Positions 1 to 9,814 of a stretch of 64,000 nucleotides of DNA are shown one piece after another. The position numbers and the translations under genes are program-made. Position 1 is the stretch's first letter. Each line of letters begins with the position of its first letter. Under the pieces are notes generated by a model. It saw only the letters and a program-made list of their open reading frames with translations. It was not told the DNA's origin and did no database searches. Location of the stretch: NCBI GenBank assembly GCA_965248265.1, contig CBDFJF010000002.1, forward strand, positions 1 through 64,000. Reading direction: 5' to 3'. The DNA comes from Candidatus Latescibacterota bacterium (GTDB lineage: Bacteria; Latescibacterota; UBA2968; UBA8231).

Positions 1-327
1 CTCAAGTTCGGGTGCTCGGTGCTGGAAGAGGCTCAAGCGGCGGCCAAGCCTGAAGACAGTGGATACGGATTCTTCAACGAGAAGGGCGAGTGGGTGCCGC
101 TCACGAGTGAGGTGGAGAAGATTCCGGTCAGGCATAAGGACGTGGTGAAGGAATACACGGAACTGTACGGCCAAGCGTGGTGTGAGTGGATCGGTAAGCT
201 ACCACTATGGAAGCTGTTCCTGTTGGCCAAAGCACCCAGCCACATCGATCGCATGGCCGATGTCATCTTCGAAGGGGCGGCCCGGTACCGGCAGCCACAA
301 CGCAAGGGAGCGACTGAGGGAAACTGA
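1..327 (+). CDS. Phage tail assembly chaperone (gpG-like), 5' partial
   Basis: The frame is open from base 1 and ends GAG GGA AAC TGA with slippery heptamer G GGA AAC (318-324). It lies directly upstream of the tape measure gene. Confidence 0.75.
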   Translation, partial: LKFGCSVLEEAQAAAKPEDSGYGFFNEKGEWVPLTSEVEKIPVRHKDVVKEYTELYGQAWCEWIGKLPLWKLFLLAKAPSHIDRMADVIFEGAARYRQPQRKGATEGN

Positions 328-680
328 TCGAGCACCTGAGGGACTGCGTCCATCTGGTGATGGATGAAGACACCTTATGGTGCTCGAGTTGTCCCATGAT
401 CGAGCAAGTAGAGCATGCAGCCATTGAACAGACCTGTAGAGATTGCCGCGCCAGCGACCAAAACAAGGACGTCGCCTTTCAGGACCCGTACTTCCGGCGC
501 ATCTGGAAAGCGGCCCATCTCAAGGTGGCAGGCGTGCCGGTGATGGACCTGGCAACGACCCTGGACGATGTGTTGGCCATTCACACAGTGGAATCCGAGA
601 TGAAGCGCATAGCCCAAGATCAGGCCGAAGCCCAGGCGCGCAACGACCACGACGATGGTGGAGAGTATGAGGACGAGTAA
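318..680 (+). CDS. Tail assembly chaperone -1 frameshift extension (gpT part of gpGT)
   Basis: The -1 frame is open from the heptamer (GGG AAA CTG ATC GAG CAC...) into ORF 357..680, which carries CxxC...CxxC. Confidence 0.75.
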   Translation, partial: GKLIEHLRDCVHLVMDEDTLWCSSCPMIEQVEHAAIEQTCRDCRASDQNKDVAFQDPYFRRIWKAAHLKVAGVPVMDLATTLDDVLAIHTVESEMKRIAQDQAEAQARNDHDDGGEYEDE

Positions 681-3402
681 AGTCGTCTTAGAGGCCGAAT
701 ACGAGGACAATGCGTCGGACAACTTCGAGCGCAGTTTCCGTGGTATGCGTGGTGACATCTCTTCGACGGAAAAGACGGTTGCTCGCATGGAGAAGTCGTT
801 CGTCTCCCTCAAGCGGGTCGTCATCGGTGCGTTCTCAATCGAAGTCGCACGTCGTCTGGCTGCCTTCGAGTTGGACATCGTCAAGCTCAACGATCAGGTC
901 AACATCGCCTCGTCCTCGTTCGAGCGCCTGGCTCGCAAAGCGGGTACCGACGCGACGACTGAGCTGGCCAAGCTGAGCAAAGCGACGCAAGGCACGATCT
1001 CGGATCTGGAGTTGATGCAGCGCGTGGGCGCGGCGGTCGATGCGGGTCTCACCTTCGAGCAGGCCCGTACTGCCATGCAGTTTCTGCGCGCCTACTCGTT
1101 GGCTTTTGGCAAGGATTTCAACCAACTCGTGCAGACGATCTTCACCGGACTGCAGCGCGGCTCGGTGCTGTTTTTGGACGACGCCGGCATCATCCTTTCT
1201 GCGACGGACAAGATGTTCGCTGGGCTGGGTGACCTGGAGAAGAAAACGGCGCTGGTGAATGAAGCCGTTCGGTTGATGGGCGAGAAGCTGAAGAACCTGG
1301 AGGTTCCCGCCAACAGTGCCAGTCTTGAAATCGACCGCGTCGCTGTGGCCTGGACGAATTTGAAGATCGCCCTGGGTGATCAGGACAGTGCGGCGGGTGG
1401 ACTCCGACTGGTGACGGATCTTCTTAGCGCAGCCGAAGGCAACGTGCGTGCGTTCTGGGAACTGAACCGGCAGATGAACCTGATGGACATCAGCGCCAAA
1501 AACTTCCTGGGCATCGAGCTGAACGAGCGCCAGCGGCGCATCGAAGAGCAGCACTCACCTCAGATGAGCGAGCCGATGGGGTTGACCCCCGAGCGACCTC
1601 GGCGCTATGAGACGCAGCGACGCTACCGCACTGGCATGTTGCCAGGCATAACGGTTCACCCTGGGCGCGAAGAGGAGGAGCGAACTCCTCTGGGCGGCGG
1701 AATGCCCAGTCGCAACCTTGATGTCGAGGTGACGATCGGGCGCAAGAAGCGGGAGTTGGAACTCCAGGCGATCCAAGATCTGGACGCTCGTGCTCAAGCT
1801 GAGCTGCGGCGAGCACAGGCAGCCGAGTCCGCTCAGCTGCTGATGGACGGCGCGAACGATTTGCAGCTCAAGGCGCTGGGCAAACTCCATCTGCAAGAAA
1901 GACAGCGACTGACTACTGAGCAGGAGATCATCATTGCCCAGGCCGAGGTGAACAAACGACGTCAGCAAGAGCTTCAGGTCGTTGATGGGCTGGTCGGGGT
2001 GATGTCGCGATTGCAGCCGCAGCTGCAGGGGTTCTTCTCGGCCGCCTCCAACCTGGCCCGTGGGGACATGATTGGAGCAGGTGTGAGCGCTGTGCACGGT
2101 GTTCTCGATGTCTTTGGTGTGGCTCGTGATCCCATCGATCGCTTTGCGGATCAAATTCGCAGTGTCGCTGAAGCAGCACGCGAAACCAACCGCTCAGTCC
2201 ACGGCTTGTTGGAGGAGTACTCAGGCACTTCAGCGGAAATCAAGGCTCTTCAGGAAAACACGTTCGAGCCGCTACGACGATCCATGGAACTACTCCAAGA
2301 GGGCTCCAAGGAGCAGAGTCACACGGAGTTTCTTCTAAGCTTCTTCGAAATGCTTCGACTTGCGGAGGGGTCAGCAACACAGAGCGGAAAGATTATTCCA
2401 AAGTTTCAGCAGGCACTTGACGAGTCTGGGTTGCACATCGATCAATTCCGAGACATGATCGACCTTGCCTTTGGTAAAGACAGTACGATCGTCGACGCGG
2501 CCAAGCGCATGTTCGAGGTCGCTGATGCCGCGAACACAGCAGCTGAGGCCATGCTGCCGCTAGAGCGCGCCTTGCGCTCCGAGTTCTTTGTTCGTGAGAC
2601 CCAGCTTAGGGAGCAGGCATCGATCCAGGCGCGTGCGGCCGGCGCCGACCCCCTCGCTCAACGTCGCATTTTTATGGAGTTGTCCAAGCGCATCGAAGAC
2701 AGCCGCCGCACCGAAGAGGTGCGACGCCGTCATCTCTCCGGCACGGCGACGACAAGCGCAGCCAAACCGGCGATCACGACGGGTGGCGGCACGTCGGGTA
2801 CATCCGATCCCTTCCAGTTGAATCTGACCCCTACGCAAAAGCCCTGGCACGAGACCGTGGAGATGTATGTGGACGAGGCGGGTCGCCATGAGCCCACGCA
2901 CTGGAGCAATCTGGTGGATATCCCTGTGGGTCTTAAGGAGTATGAGCGTCGTTGGTGGCAGACGCTGGAGATGGTCGAGGATCTACGCTACCGTCACCGC
3001 CCCACGCACTGGAGCAATCTGGCCTACATCCCGCACGATCTGACCAAGTTCCGCAGGCACTGGAGCGACACGGTTGACATGTACTTTGACGCCAACCGCC
3101 ACGAGCCCAGGCACTGGGGCAATCTGGCCTACATCCCGCACGATCTGGCCAAGTTCCGCAGGCACTGGAGTGACGTTATTGAGTTGGATCTGACCCCAAT
3201 CTGGTTGGACCCGTCGCAGCTGATCAGGCTTACCGCGAACCGCACTCGCCTCCCGATCACGTCGTTGATCGACTTCGGTTCCTTGCAGTCGGCCGTGCTC
3301 GGCATCGTGTCCCGGGCACAGAGAGACCGTCAGAGCGCATCATCAGAGAGACGGCGCCTGATGGAGGCACAGCATGTGTCGCGAGGCTACCAGCCGCTGT
3401 AG
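667..3402 (+). CDS. Phage tail tape measure protein
   Basis: ~910 aa, Ala/Leu/Glu/Arg-rich helical protein after the frameshifted chaperone. GGAG precedes ATG 667 (the ORF track starts at 655). Confidence 0.85.
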   Translation: MRTSKVVLEAEYEDNASDNFERSFRGMRGDISSTEKTVARMEKSFVSLKRVVIGAFSIEVARRLAAFELDIVKLNDQVNIASSSFERLARKAGTDATTELAKLSKATQGTISDLELMQRVGAAVDAGLTFEQARTAMQFLRAYSLAFGKDFNQLVQTIFTGLQRGSVLFLDDAGIILSATDKMFAGLGDLEKKTALVNEAVRLMGEKLKNLEVPANSASLEIDRVAVAWTNLKIALGDQDSAAGGLRLVTDLLSAAEGNVRAFWELNRQMNLMDISAKNFLGIELNERQRRIEEQHSPQMSEPMGLTPERPRRYETQRRYRTGMLPGITVHPGREEEERTPLGGGMPSRNLDVEVTIGRKKRELELQAIQDLDARAQAELRRAQAAESAQLLMDGANDLQLKALGKLHLQERQRLTTEQEIIIAQAEVNKRRQQELQVVDGLVGVMSRLQPQLQGFFSAASNLARGDMIGAGVSAVHGVLDVFGVARDPIDRFADQIRSVAEAARETNRSVHGLLEEYSGTSAEIKALQENTFEPLRRSMELLQEGSKEQSHTEFLLSFFEMLRLAEGSATQSGKIIPKFQQALDESGLHIDQFRDMIDLAFGKDSTIVDAAKRMFEVADAANTAAEAMLPLERALRSEFFVRETQLREQASIQARAAGADPLAQRRIFMELSKRIEDSRRTEEVRRRHLSGTATTSAAKPAITTGGGTSGTSDPFQLNLTPTQKPWHETVEMYVDEAGRHEPTHWSNLVDIPVGLKEYERRWWQTLEMVEDLRYRHRPTHWSNLAYIPHDLTKFRRHWSDTVDMYFDANRHEPRHWGNLAYIPHDLAKFRRHWSDVIELDLTPIWLDPSQLIRLTANRTRLPITSLIDFGSLQSAVLGIVSRAQRDRQSASSERRRLMEAQHVSRGYQPL
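2845..3180 (+). repeat. In-frame tandem repeats (~105-108 nt, 35-36 aa) in the tape measure C-terminus
   Basis: HWSNLVDIP / HWSNLAYIPHDLTKFRRHWSD / HWGNLAYIPHDLAKFRRHWSD. The DNA copies near 3008 and 3113 are near-identical over ~60 nt. Confidence 0.85.
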
Positions 3403-3408
3403 TGGCCG

Positions 3409-3786
3409 ATGGCGACGATCAAATTGGACACGGGCGCGGCCTCGATCACGATCCAGGCCCCCAAGTTTCCCTACATCCCTGGCGAGGATCAGCCCGTGAT
3501 CGTGAATCGCACCATGAACGGGGGCGCCAAGATCGCCGACATGGGCGACGGCACCGACTTCGAGGATCCCCAGCTACACTTTCGCCAGCAGTCGGACGCC
3601 GACTTTGTTGCCATGCGCGATTACATCCAGGACACGCTTTCGATGAGTAAGACGGCCTTCACCTACACGGATCCGTTTGGGACCAACCACACCAACATGC
3701 ACTACCTGGATGGCCTGCGGGAGTTCGAGCAGATCAACGGCAAGTGGAACGGCATCATCCAGCTGTTCAAGGACGTGAGTGCGTGA
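3409..3786 (+). CDS. Putative distal tail (Dit-like) protein
   Basis: 125-aa beta-rich protein immediately after the tape measure gene, with an FTYTDP motif. Assigned mainly by position. Confidence 0.55.
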   Translation: MATIKLDTGAASITIQAPKFPYIPGEDQPVIVNRTMNGGAKIADMGDGTDFEDPQLHFRQQSDADFVAMRDYIQDTLSMSKTAFTYTDPFGTNHTNMHYLDGLREFEQINGKWNGIIQLFKDVSA

Positions 3787-6485
3787 TGTTATGGCCCCTA
3801 ATTTTTCTGGCGAGTTTTTCAATGGCTAAGGACCTGACGGGCACGACGGCCCTGACTGAAAAGGACAACGCCTGGTACCGCATCGCCTGGTTGGCCGAGA
3901 TCGACGCGGACGCGCCGGGCGTTCCGGTCACGACCAAGCGCCACGGCTCGCGCAAGATCACGGTGGGCGCCAACACGTATGGGGACAATCTGGCTGTGGG
4001 TGGTCTGGAGATGGAGTGGACGCGCATTCGCGTGGGGGGCGGCCTGGCCTCGGTGGGCAAGGCCCGGCTGGTGCTGGTCAATCTGGAGAAGGTTTCGAAC
4101 GACGTCGACACGTTCTTTTTCGAGAACGACGAGATGCGCATCTACCTGCTGTTCGTCACCGGGGCGGAGACGGCCTCGGACCCCATCGAGATGATGCGGC
4201 TGGTGATCGAGGACTATCCCTACTCGCCCACCCAGATGACGTTCGACGCCATCGACGGCTCGGACAAAGATTTCCGTGAAATCCCGGCCGAGCGGGTCAA
4301 CCTCATCGACTACGTCCAGCCGCCGATGGATTCGGTGGGCAAGGTGATCCCCGTGGCCTTTGGGGTGCTCAACACGGGACCCTTCGACGGGGCGGGCGGC
4401 TTCTCCGTGCTGGCCCCATGCCGCTGCGTGGATCGCTCCAACTACACCTTTACCAGCTGCGTGCAAAACGACGTCAACGGCAAGCCCTTCCAGTACTACC
4501 CGCAGGCCAAGCGGCGCGGCGAGGTCCTCAACTACACGCAGACGGGCGGCTTTTTTACCATCAACGACCAGACGCGCGAGATGTGGGTCGCCCCCATCCT
4601 GCCGCGTGGTACCAACGACGTGACGGATTGGTTCGATACGGGCGATGGGGACCACACGGTCGGCTCCGCCATCGTCCTCAACTCCAATTTGGACGTGGAC
4701 ATGGGCGGTGTGCCCAAGCTGGGCACGCTGACGGCCATCACGCTGGAGATCAAGGCTTCGGGTAGCTACGACTACGAGGTCTTCTACAACGCCGTCTCCA
4801 AGGCTTCTGGCTCGGCCACAAACGATAAGAGCATTACCCTCACCGCCGCCGACCACACGGACGATTGGGCCTTCGAGCTGTATCACGTCGAGATCGACGG
4901 CACGGGCGCGGCCACCATCAACGAGATCTACCTGAAGCTGTCGTATGACGACCAGCAGACGCTGGATCGCCAGAGCCTGACCATCTACCAGGCGATCACC
5001 GGGTTTGAGGATCTGACGGCCTACTACAACAGCGACGGTGCGTCGAATCCGGTGATCACCTCGTCGGGCGCACCGCTGGAGAATCCGGCTCACGTCATCG
5101 AGGCGGTGATGCGGGCCAAGGTGCTGATGAACTTGAGCACGGACGTGGTGGATTTGACGGCCCTGGACACGGCGGCCACGGACCGTACGGGGTGGAAGTT
5201 CGCGTTCTCGTTGGATCAACCCGTGCATATCGCCTGGCTCAACGAGTTTTGCTTTGAGTCGGGCATGCACGTGTTCAAAAGTTTTGAGGGCAAGTGGAAG
5301 GTGGTGGCCCAGGAGAAGAGCCGGGTGCCGGCGCACACCTTCCTGGGTGACGTCAACATGGCCGTCCTCAACCCGCTGGATAAGCCGTCGAAGTGGGAGT
5401 ATGACTTCACGGTGGCGCGCACGCCCAACCGCGACCTGATCAACGAGGTCATCCTGCGCTACGGACTGGACCGGGCCACGGGCGAGTACACGAAGATCAA
5501 GGTGGCCTCGGGCCGGCACCGGGTGAAGGGCACCTGCACGGTGACCGGCTCCACGAAGCTGCTCGATGATGCTTCGGCGACCTTCGTTACAGACGGCATC
5601 AAGGACGACGAGGGCGTCTACGTCGAGGGCGATCAGGACTATCTGGTCGACAACGTCAACTCCGAGACGCAGCTGCTGATAAAGCACGCCTCGGCCGGCC
5701 AGGTCAACGACTCCTCTGCGGGCACCAACTACTATGTCGGTCCGAATTTGGACGGGCGCATGAAGCGCTCGCAGCTGCGCTACAAGACGGAGAACAGCCT
5801 GGGCCGGGAGCAGACGGAGGATGTGTCGGTGGCCGGTGGCTACACATCTGACCTGATTCAGGACGACACCACGGCGACGAATTTCGTCGATCACATCGCC
5901 GAGTGGCGTTCGCAGCGCCGGCTGCTGCCTGAGTTCGCCACCTTCTTCAACGCGGTGGATGTGGAGCTGGGGGATGCGGCCTGGATCGATCACCCCTGGT
6001 TGCCACCCAGCAAACGTCCCATAGCGATTGGTACGCTGAGCGCAACGCAGACGGCCGGGGCCGGCACGGCGCAGTCGACGAACAACGGGCTGCTGCGAGT
6101 CAACGATTACGTCCTCATCGGCAGCGAGGTGGAGAAGGTCACGGCGGTCACCTACGCCACCAATGCGTTCACGACGACGCGGGCGCAAGCGAACACGAGT
6201 GCGGCCGAGCATGCATCAGGGACGACGTTTTACCGACTCAACCGCACGGCTTTCGAGATCACCGGCCTGCAGCCGGACGTGGAGCTGGCGCAGCTGCGCA
6301 TCGAGGCGCAGGAGATGCCGCCCAGCTACAAGCCGATCGGCCGGGTGTCGGCTGCGGGGTACGACGTGTATGGGGTAGCGGACGCTGATGAGCGCACGCA
6401 GTCGGGCTGGGTGACGTTGACCAGCGAGCGGGTTCAGGAAGAGGACGAGTACTCGAACATCTCCTACGTGGGGCCGAGTTCATGA
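3786..6485 (+). CDS. Phage tail tip / baseplate hub protein
   Basis: ~900 aa with IPVAFG, ENPAHVIEAVMR and DVELGD motifs typical of tail-tip proteins. ATG overlaps the previous stop (alternative start 3822). Confidence 0.7.
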   Translation: MLWPLIFLASFSMAKDLTGTTALTEKDNAWYRIAWLAEIDADAPGVPVTTKRHGSRKITVGANTYGDNLAVGGLEMEWTRIRVGGGLASVGKARLVLVNLEKVSNDVDTFFFENDEMRIYLLFVTGAETASDPIEMMRLVIEDYPYSPTQMTFDAIDGSDKDFREIPAERVNLIDYVQPPMDSVGKVIPVAFGVLNTGPFDGAGGFSVLAPCRCVDRSNYTFTSCVQNDVNGKPFQYYPQAKRRGEVLNYTQTGGFFTINDQTREMWVAPILPRGTNDVTDWFDTGDGDHTVGSAIVLNSNLDVDMGGVPKLGTLTAITLEIKASGSYDYEVFYNAVSKASGSATNDKSITLTAADHTDDWAFELYHVEIDGTGAATINEIYLKLSYDDQQTLDRQSLTIYQAITGFEDLTAYYNSDGASNPVITSSGAPLENPAHVIEAVMRAKVLMNLSTDVVDLTALDTAATDRTGWKFAFSLDQPVHIAWLNEFCFESGMHVFKSFEGKWKVVAQEKSRVPAHTFLGDVNMAVLNPLDKPSKWEYDFTVARTPNRDLINEVILRYGLDRATGEYTKIKVASGRHRVKGTCTVTGSTKLLDDASATFVTDGIKDDEGVYVEGDQDYLVDNVNSETQLLIKHASAGQVNDSSAGTNYYVGPNLDGRMKRSQLRYKTENSLGREQTEDVSVAGGYTSDLIQDDTTATNFVDHIAEWRSQRRLLPEFATFFNAVDVELGDAAWIDHPWLPPSKRPIAIGTLSATQTAGAGTAQSTNNGLLRVNDYVLIGSEVEKVTAVTYATNAFTTTRAQANTSAAEHASGTTFYRLNRTAFEITGLQPDVELAQLRIEAQEMPPSYKPIGRVSAAGYDVYGVADADERTQSGWVTLTSERVQEEDEYSNISYVGPSS

Positions 6486-8590
6486 ACGAGCCCAATCAAT
6501 ACGCCTACAGCGCCCTGGGTGAGCGCTTCGCGGTCGAGGATCCAACTGACGTCGACCGCATGAACAACTCGCGCATCAAGAACGACCATCTCTATGAGGC
6601 GCTGAACACGTCGGGGTTCATGAGCACGACGAACCCGGTGAGCACGGCGATGGTGCTCTCGCGCAAGAGTCTGGTTCGCTTTCCAGATACGATTGAGACG
6701 GGCACCGACGAAAACGCGCAGCGGGTGATTTTCGTTGACCTCGACGACCCCGACCAGATGTGGGACCTCGACGAGTTTATGCAACTGGCTCAGGCGACGT
6801 CGTGGTATGCCGAGCTTGGAGCACCGCCGATTCACGGCGCGATGTGGATTACAGAGGACCAACAAAGTCTGATCTGGTGGGACCGTGAAGCCGGGTCAAT
6901 TTACATGCAATTTGACACTGGCGGGACGGATGGGACAGACGCAAATTTCATCGCCGGAACTACCGGATGGCACGAGGATGTTCATTTTCTCGATGGTGTT
7001 ATCCGAACGGTTAACGACGGGTGGGCCGCGATTGAAATAGATTTGCTTTTAGACCGCGCACACGACCACACAACTGTTGGAATTCGCGAGCACTTTGGCG
7101 ACATTTCGGACCGCAACGCCGGGACTGGATATTACACGCTCGTGGCGAGCGTCGCGGTCGGGCATAACAACATTTATTCGGTTGGGGCCTGTCGCGACCC
7201 CGAAAAAACGGACTCCTTAGGCCGCCCTCGCCATTGGTGGGCGTGCGGTCACAGCGCCGGAACCTCAGTTTACAATCCCACCGACGAGGACTGGTACGAC
7301 ACTTCGAGCGTCAGCGACTTTGCCGACCTCGTGTTATCTCCTGGGGGTGAATTGGTTTTCATCCAAAGCACCGGGACGCGTGACTCTGTGTTTTTGCGCC
7401 GCAGTGTCTTCACGATTACTGCCGACGCGTGGGGGAGCGATGAAGCCATCGACAACAACGCGAGCGATGGGAGCGACATCGATTGGACAAATGCTGCCGT
7501 TTTTGAACGCCCCGCAGTTTTGCCGTCGCGCTCTTGGAACGGCGATGGCTCTTCGCAAATCTTCATACCGAGTGACCAAGGGATGTATATCGCACACCTA
7601 AACGCCGCCGACCAAGACGCCAAGGGTGGCCTGATTCGATTCACAGACTCAGAGGCAACGCCGTATATGAAAGGCGACGTGCGGGCCGCGTGGCCACTGG
7701 CGAACGTCAACGACCTGACGCCAGCCTCGCACAACCTGACCAACAACAACACCGTGACATTTGCGTCCGGCGGACCTACCGGCAGTTACGCCGACTTCGT
7801 TTCAGCTTCGAGTATGTCGCTGCAATTGGCCGACCATGCCGACTTTGACGGCGTGACGGCCTTTTCCGCGATGCTTTGGTTTAAACTGGACATTGCATCG
7901 GGGGCCGTTCGAGGAGTCGCCACCAAATGGGATCTAAGCCTCGGCTCTAATCAGTCTTGGCAGTTCAAACTCAATTCGGACGAAACGCTTTCGATCTCGC
8001 TCGAAAATAGCTCGTCAACCACAATAACCCAGACGTCCGTGGCGCTCTCTACGGGGAAGTGGTATCACTGTGCGGTTTCATGGGACGGCACGACCATGAC
8101 GGCTTACTTGAACGGGCAAGCTTTCGGGTCGGGCGCGTTTTCGGGAACGATGGACAACTCTACGGCGGCTGTATTTTTGGGAGCGTTCGACTCAGACGGG
8201 GCGGGCACTCCGAGTAGTTTTATCGACGGCCAGATCGGCGGTGTTGTCATTAGCGCTACAGCCATTACAGCGGCAGAAGTCTACGCCGAGTTCGCGCGCG
8301 GGAAGCAACGCCTGACCTCGACGATCGACCCGCAAGACTCAATCCCCGACCTCGACGTTGCCGCGACGGCCGCCGATCCGAGCGGGCGATACGTGATCGT
8401 CGCCTACGACAACAAGACGGTCCACATTTTCAACGAGTTGGGGGTGCCGGTGATCTCCGACACCTATCCGGGGACCACGTTGCGGGATGTGGCGGTGAAG
8501 TCGTATCCAGGGCAGGACACACCTTCGTATATCATGGCGGGCTCGGACCAAATTGAATTTGTGCAACCAGACAGGAGACTACTCGGGTGA
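6482..8590 (+). CDS. Tail fibre / receptor-binding protein with LamG-like (concanavalin A) domain
   Basis: GKWYHCAVSWDGTTMTAYLNG and FIDGQIGGVVIS LamG-like signatures; ATGA overlap with the upstream gene. Confidence 0.75.
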   Translation: MNEPNQYAYSALGERFAVEDPTDVDRMNNSRIKNDHLYEALNTSGFMSTTNPVSTAMVLSRKSLVRFPDTIETGTDENAQRVIFVDLDDPDQMWDLDEFMQLAQATSWYAELGAPPIHGAMWITEDQQSLIWWDREAGSIYMQFDTGGTDGTDANFIAGTTGWHEDVHFLDGVIRTVNDGWAAIEIDLLLDRAHDHTTVGIREHFGDISDRNAGTGYYTLVASVAVGHNNIYSVGACRDPEKTDSLGRPRHWWACGHSAGTSVYNPTDEDWYDTSSVSDFADLVLSPGGELVFIQSTGTRDSVFLRRSVFTITADAWGSDEAIDNNASDGSDIDWTNAAVFERPAVLPSRSWNGDGSSQIFIPSDQGMYIAHLNAADQDAKGGLIRFTDSEATPYMKGDVRAAWPLANVNDLTPASHNLTNNNTVTFASGGPTGSYADFVSASSMSLQLADHADFDGVTAFSAMLWFKLDIASGAVRGVATKWDLSLGSNQSWQFKLNSDETLSISLENSSSTTITQTSVALSTGKWYHCAVSWDGTTMTAYLNGQAFGSGAFSGTMDNSTAAVFLGAFDSDGAGTPSSFIDGQIGGVVISATAITAAEVYAEFARGKQRLTSTIDPQDSIPDLDVAATAADPSGRYVIVAYDNKTVHIFNELGVPVISDTYPGTTLRDVAVKSYPGQDTPSYIMAGSDQIEFVQPDRRLLG

Positions 8591-9414
8591 CGATCGCCGT
8601 GCCACATGCAGTGACGCGCGAGATACGCGGCGCGATGCCGTTCTCGGCGATCGTCGACATCGACGGCGTTCACAACCCGAAGACGGGCGGCTTCCACCAG
8701 ATCGACGACGCCATCGACGCCGGGCACAAGTCGATTTTCGTCAGGGACGGAACCTACAAGTCCTTCACTGCCGACGTCGCCAACCTCACAATCATGGGCG
8801 AGTCGATTGATGCGATTGTTGACGGTAGCCTGACGACGGCGCACGGCTGTACGCTCTCGGCGGCGCATGTAAAGCTTATTGGCCTGACCTTCAAGACGAC
8901 GTCTGGCGGCGGCGACACGATCTCGGGCATCGACTGTTCCGACGCGGCAGGGGACTATTTCCTTGTTGATCGGTGCCACTTCCCCGGTTCGGATCACAAC
9001 GGGATAGACGTCGCCGTCGCTATGAACGCGCCGGTTATCCAAAGCTGCACATTCACCGGCACCTTCGATTCCAGTTGTGTCACGTTTGGCAATAACACAC
9101 AGCATGGGAAGCTTTTGTTCTGTCAGTTTACATCAGTCACCACCGGGAACGCGATTCACGTTGGGCCATCTTGGGGAACGGTTATTCAGGGATGTGGCTT
9201 CTACCTGTGCTCTTCAAAGGCCATCAACATCTGCAACTCGGCGACGGTGTTTGGCCCATGCATCGTTGGTAATGTATTCAGGGACAATACCGGATACGCC
9301 GTCGATGTCGGGGCGCTCGCGGAGGACGGCATTATCACCAACAATATTTTCCACGGCGACACACTGAACGGAACGGGCACAAGTTTCACGATCGCTAACA
9401 ACGAGACCTTCTAA
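8587..9414 (+). CDS. Right-handed parallel beta-helix (pectin-lyase-like) tail-associated protein
   Basis: IDDAIDAG..IFVRDGTY N-terminal cap and repeated IQSCTF/IQGCGF/IVGNVF/ITNNIF rungs. Confidence 0.7.
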   Translation: MTIAVPHAVTREIRGAMPFSAIVDIDGVHNPKTGGFHQIDDAIDAGHKSIFVRDGTYKSFTADVANLTIMGESIDAIVDGSLTTAHGCTLSAAHVKLIGLTFKTTSGGGDTISGIDCSDAAGDYFLVDRCHFPGSDHNGIDVAVAMNAPVIQSCTFTGTFDSSCVTFGNNTQHGKLLFCQFTSVTTGNAIHVGPSWGTVIQGCGFYLCSSKAINICNSATVFGPCIVGNVFRDNTGYAVDVGALAEDGIITNNIFHGDTLNGTGTSFTIANNETF

Positions 9415-9755
9415 TGACGCTACTGACTGAGGCTACGATTGACGAGATTAACGCCGAACTGGCGATGCGCACGGCGTCTGCGAATGCGGCCGAAGCTCAG
9501 CTCACAGCAGACGCGGTGCAAGCCTTCGTTGACGCTGATGCCAAGCTGAGTGCGGCCGCGATCACAGCGACAGCGGACAGTATTGATCCGGTGTGGGTTG
9601 TTCTGAGCTTCCCTGCCGATACGCCAGGACAGCCGCTGTTTTGGGCGGGTGTGGTGCAGCAGTTTGGCGGCACTGTGCTGGGATCGTACCAGCTGCGGTG
9701 CAATGTAGGAACTGCCAAGGCGTCGTTGTCACAGGTTTCAGCGCTTCTGCCGTAG
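9414..9755 (+). CDS. Hypothetical phage protein
   Basis: 113-aa ORF, TAATG-coupled to the previous gene and last before the terminator. Confidence 0.65.
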   Translation: MTLLTEATIDEINAELAMRTASANAAEAQLTADAVQAFVDADAKLSAAAITATADSIDPVWVVLSFPADTPGQPLFWAGVVQQFGGTVLGSYQLRCNVGTAKASLSQVSALLP

Positions 9756-9780
9756 TCTGAAGGCGTGCAATAATTGCATC

Positions 9781-9814
9781 AACTGCGTTCGGCTGTGCCG
9801 AACGCAGTTTTTTT
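9781..9814 (+). terminator. Rho-independent terminator of the phage late operon
   Basis: Perfect 13-bp stem AACTGCGTTCGGC-TGT-GCCGAACGCAGTT followed by a T run. Confidence 0.9.

Noticed and set aside
3008-3175. Repeat pair differing at two A/G positions, suggesting a DGR template/variable repeat
   Set aside because: The copies are tandem, in frame within one gene and also differ at a C/T. No reverse transcriptase is in the window.
3819-6212. 797-aa minus-strand ORF and many similar long antisense ORFs
   Set aside because: These are shadow ORFs of GC-rich coding genes with no recognisable motifs.
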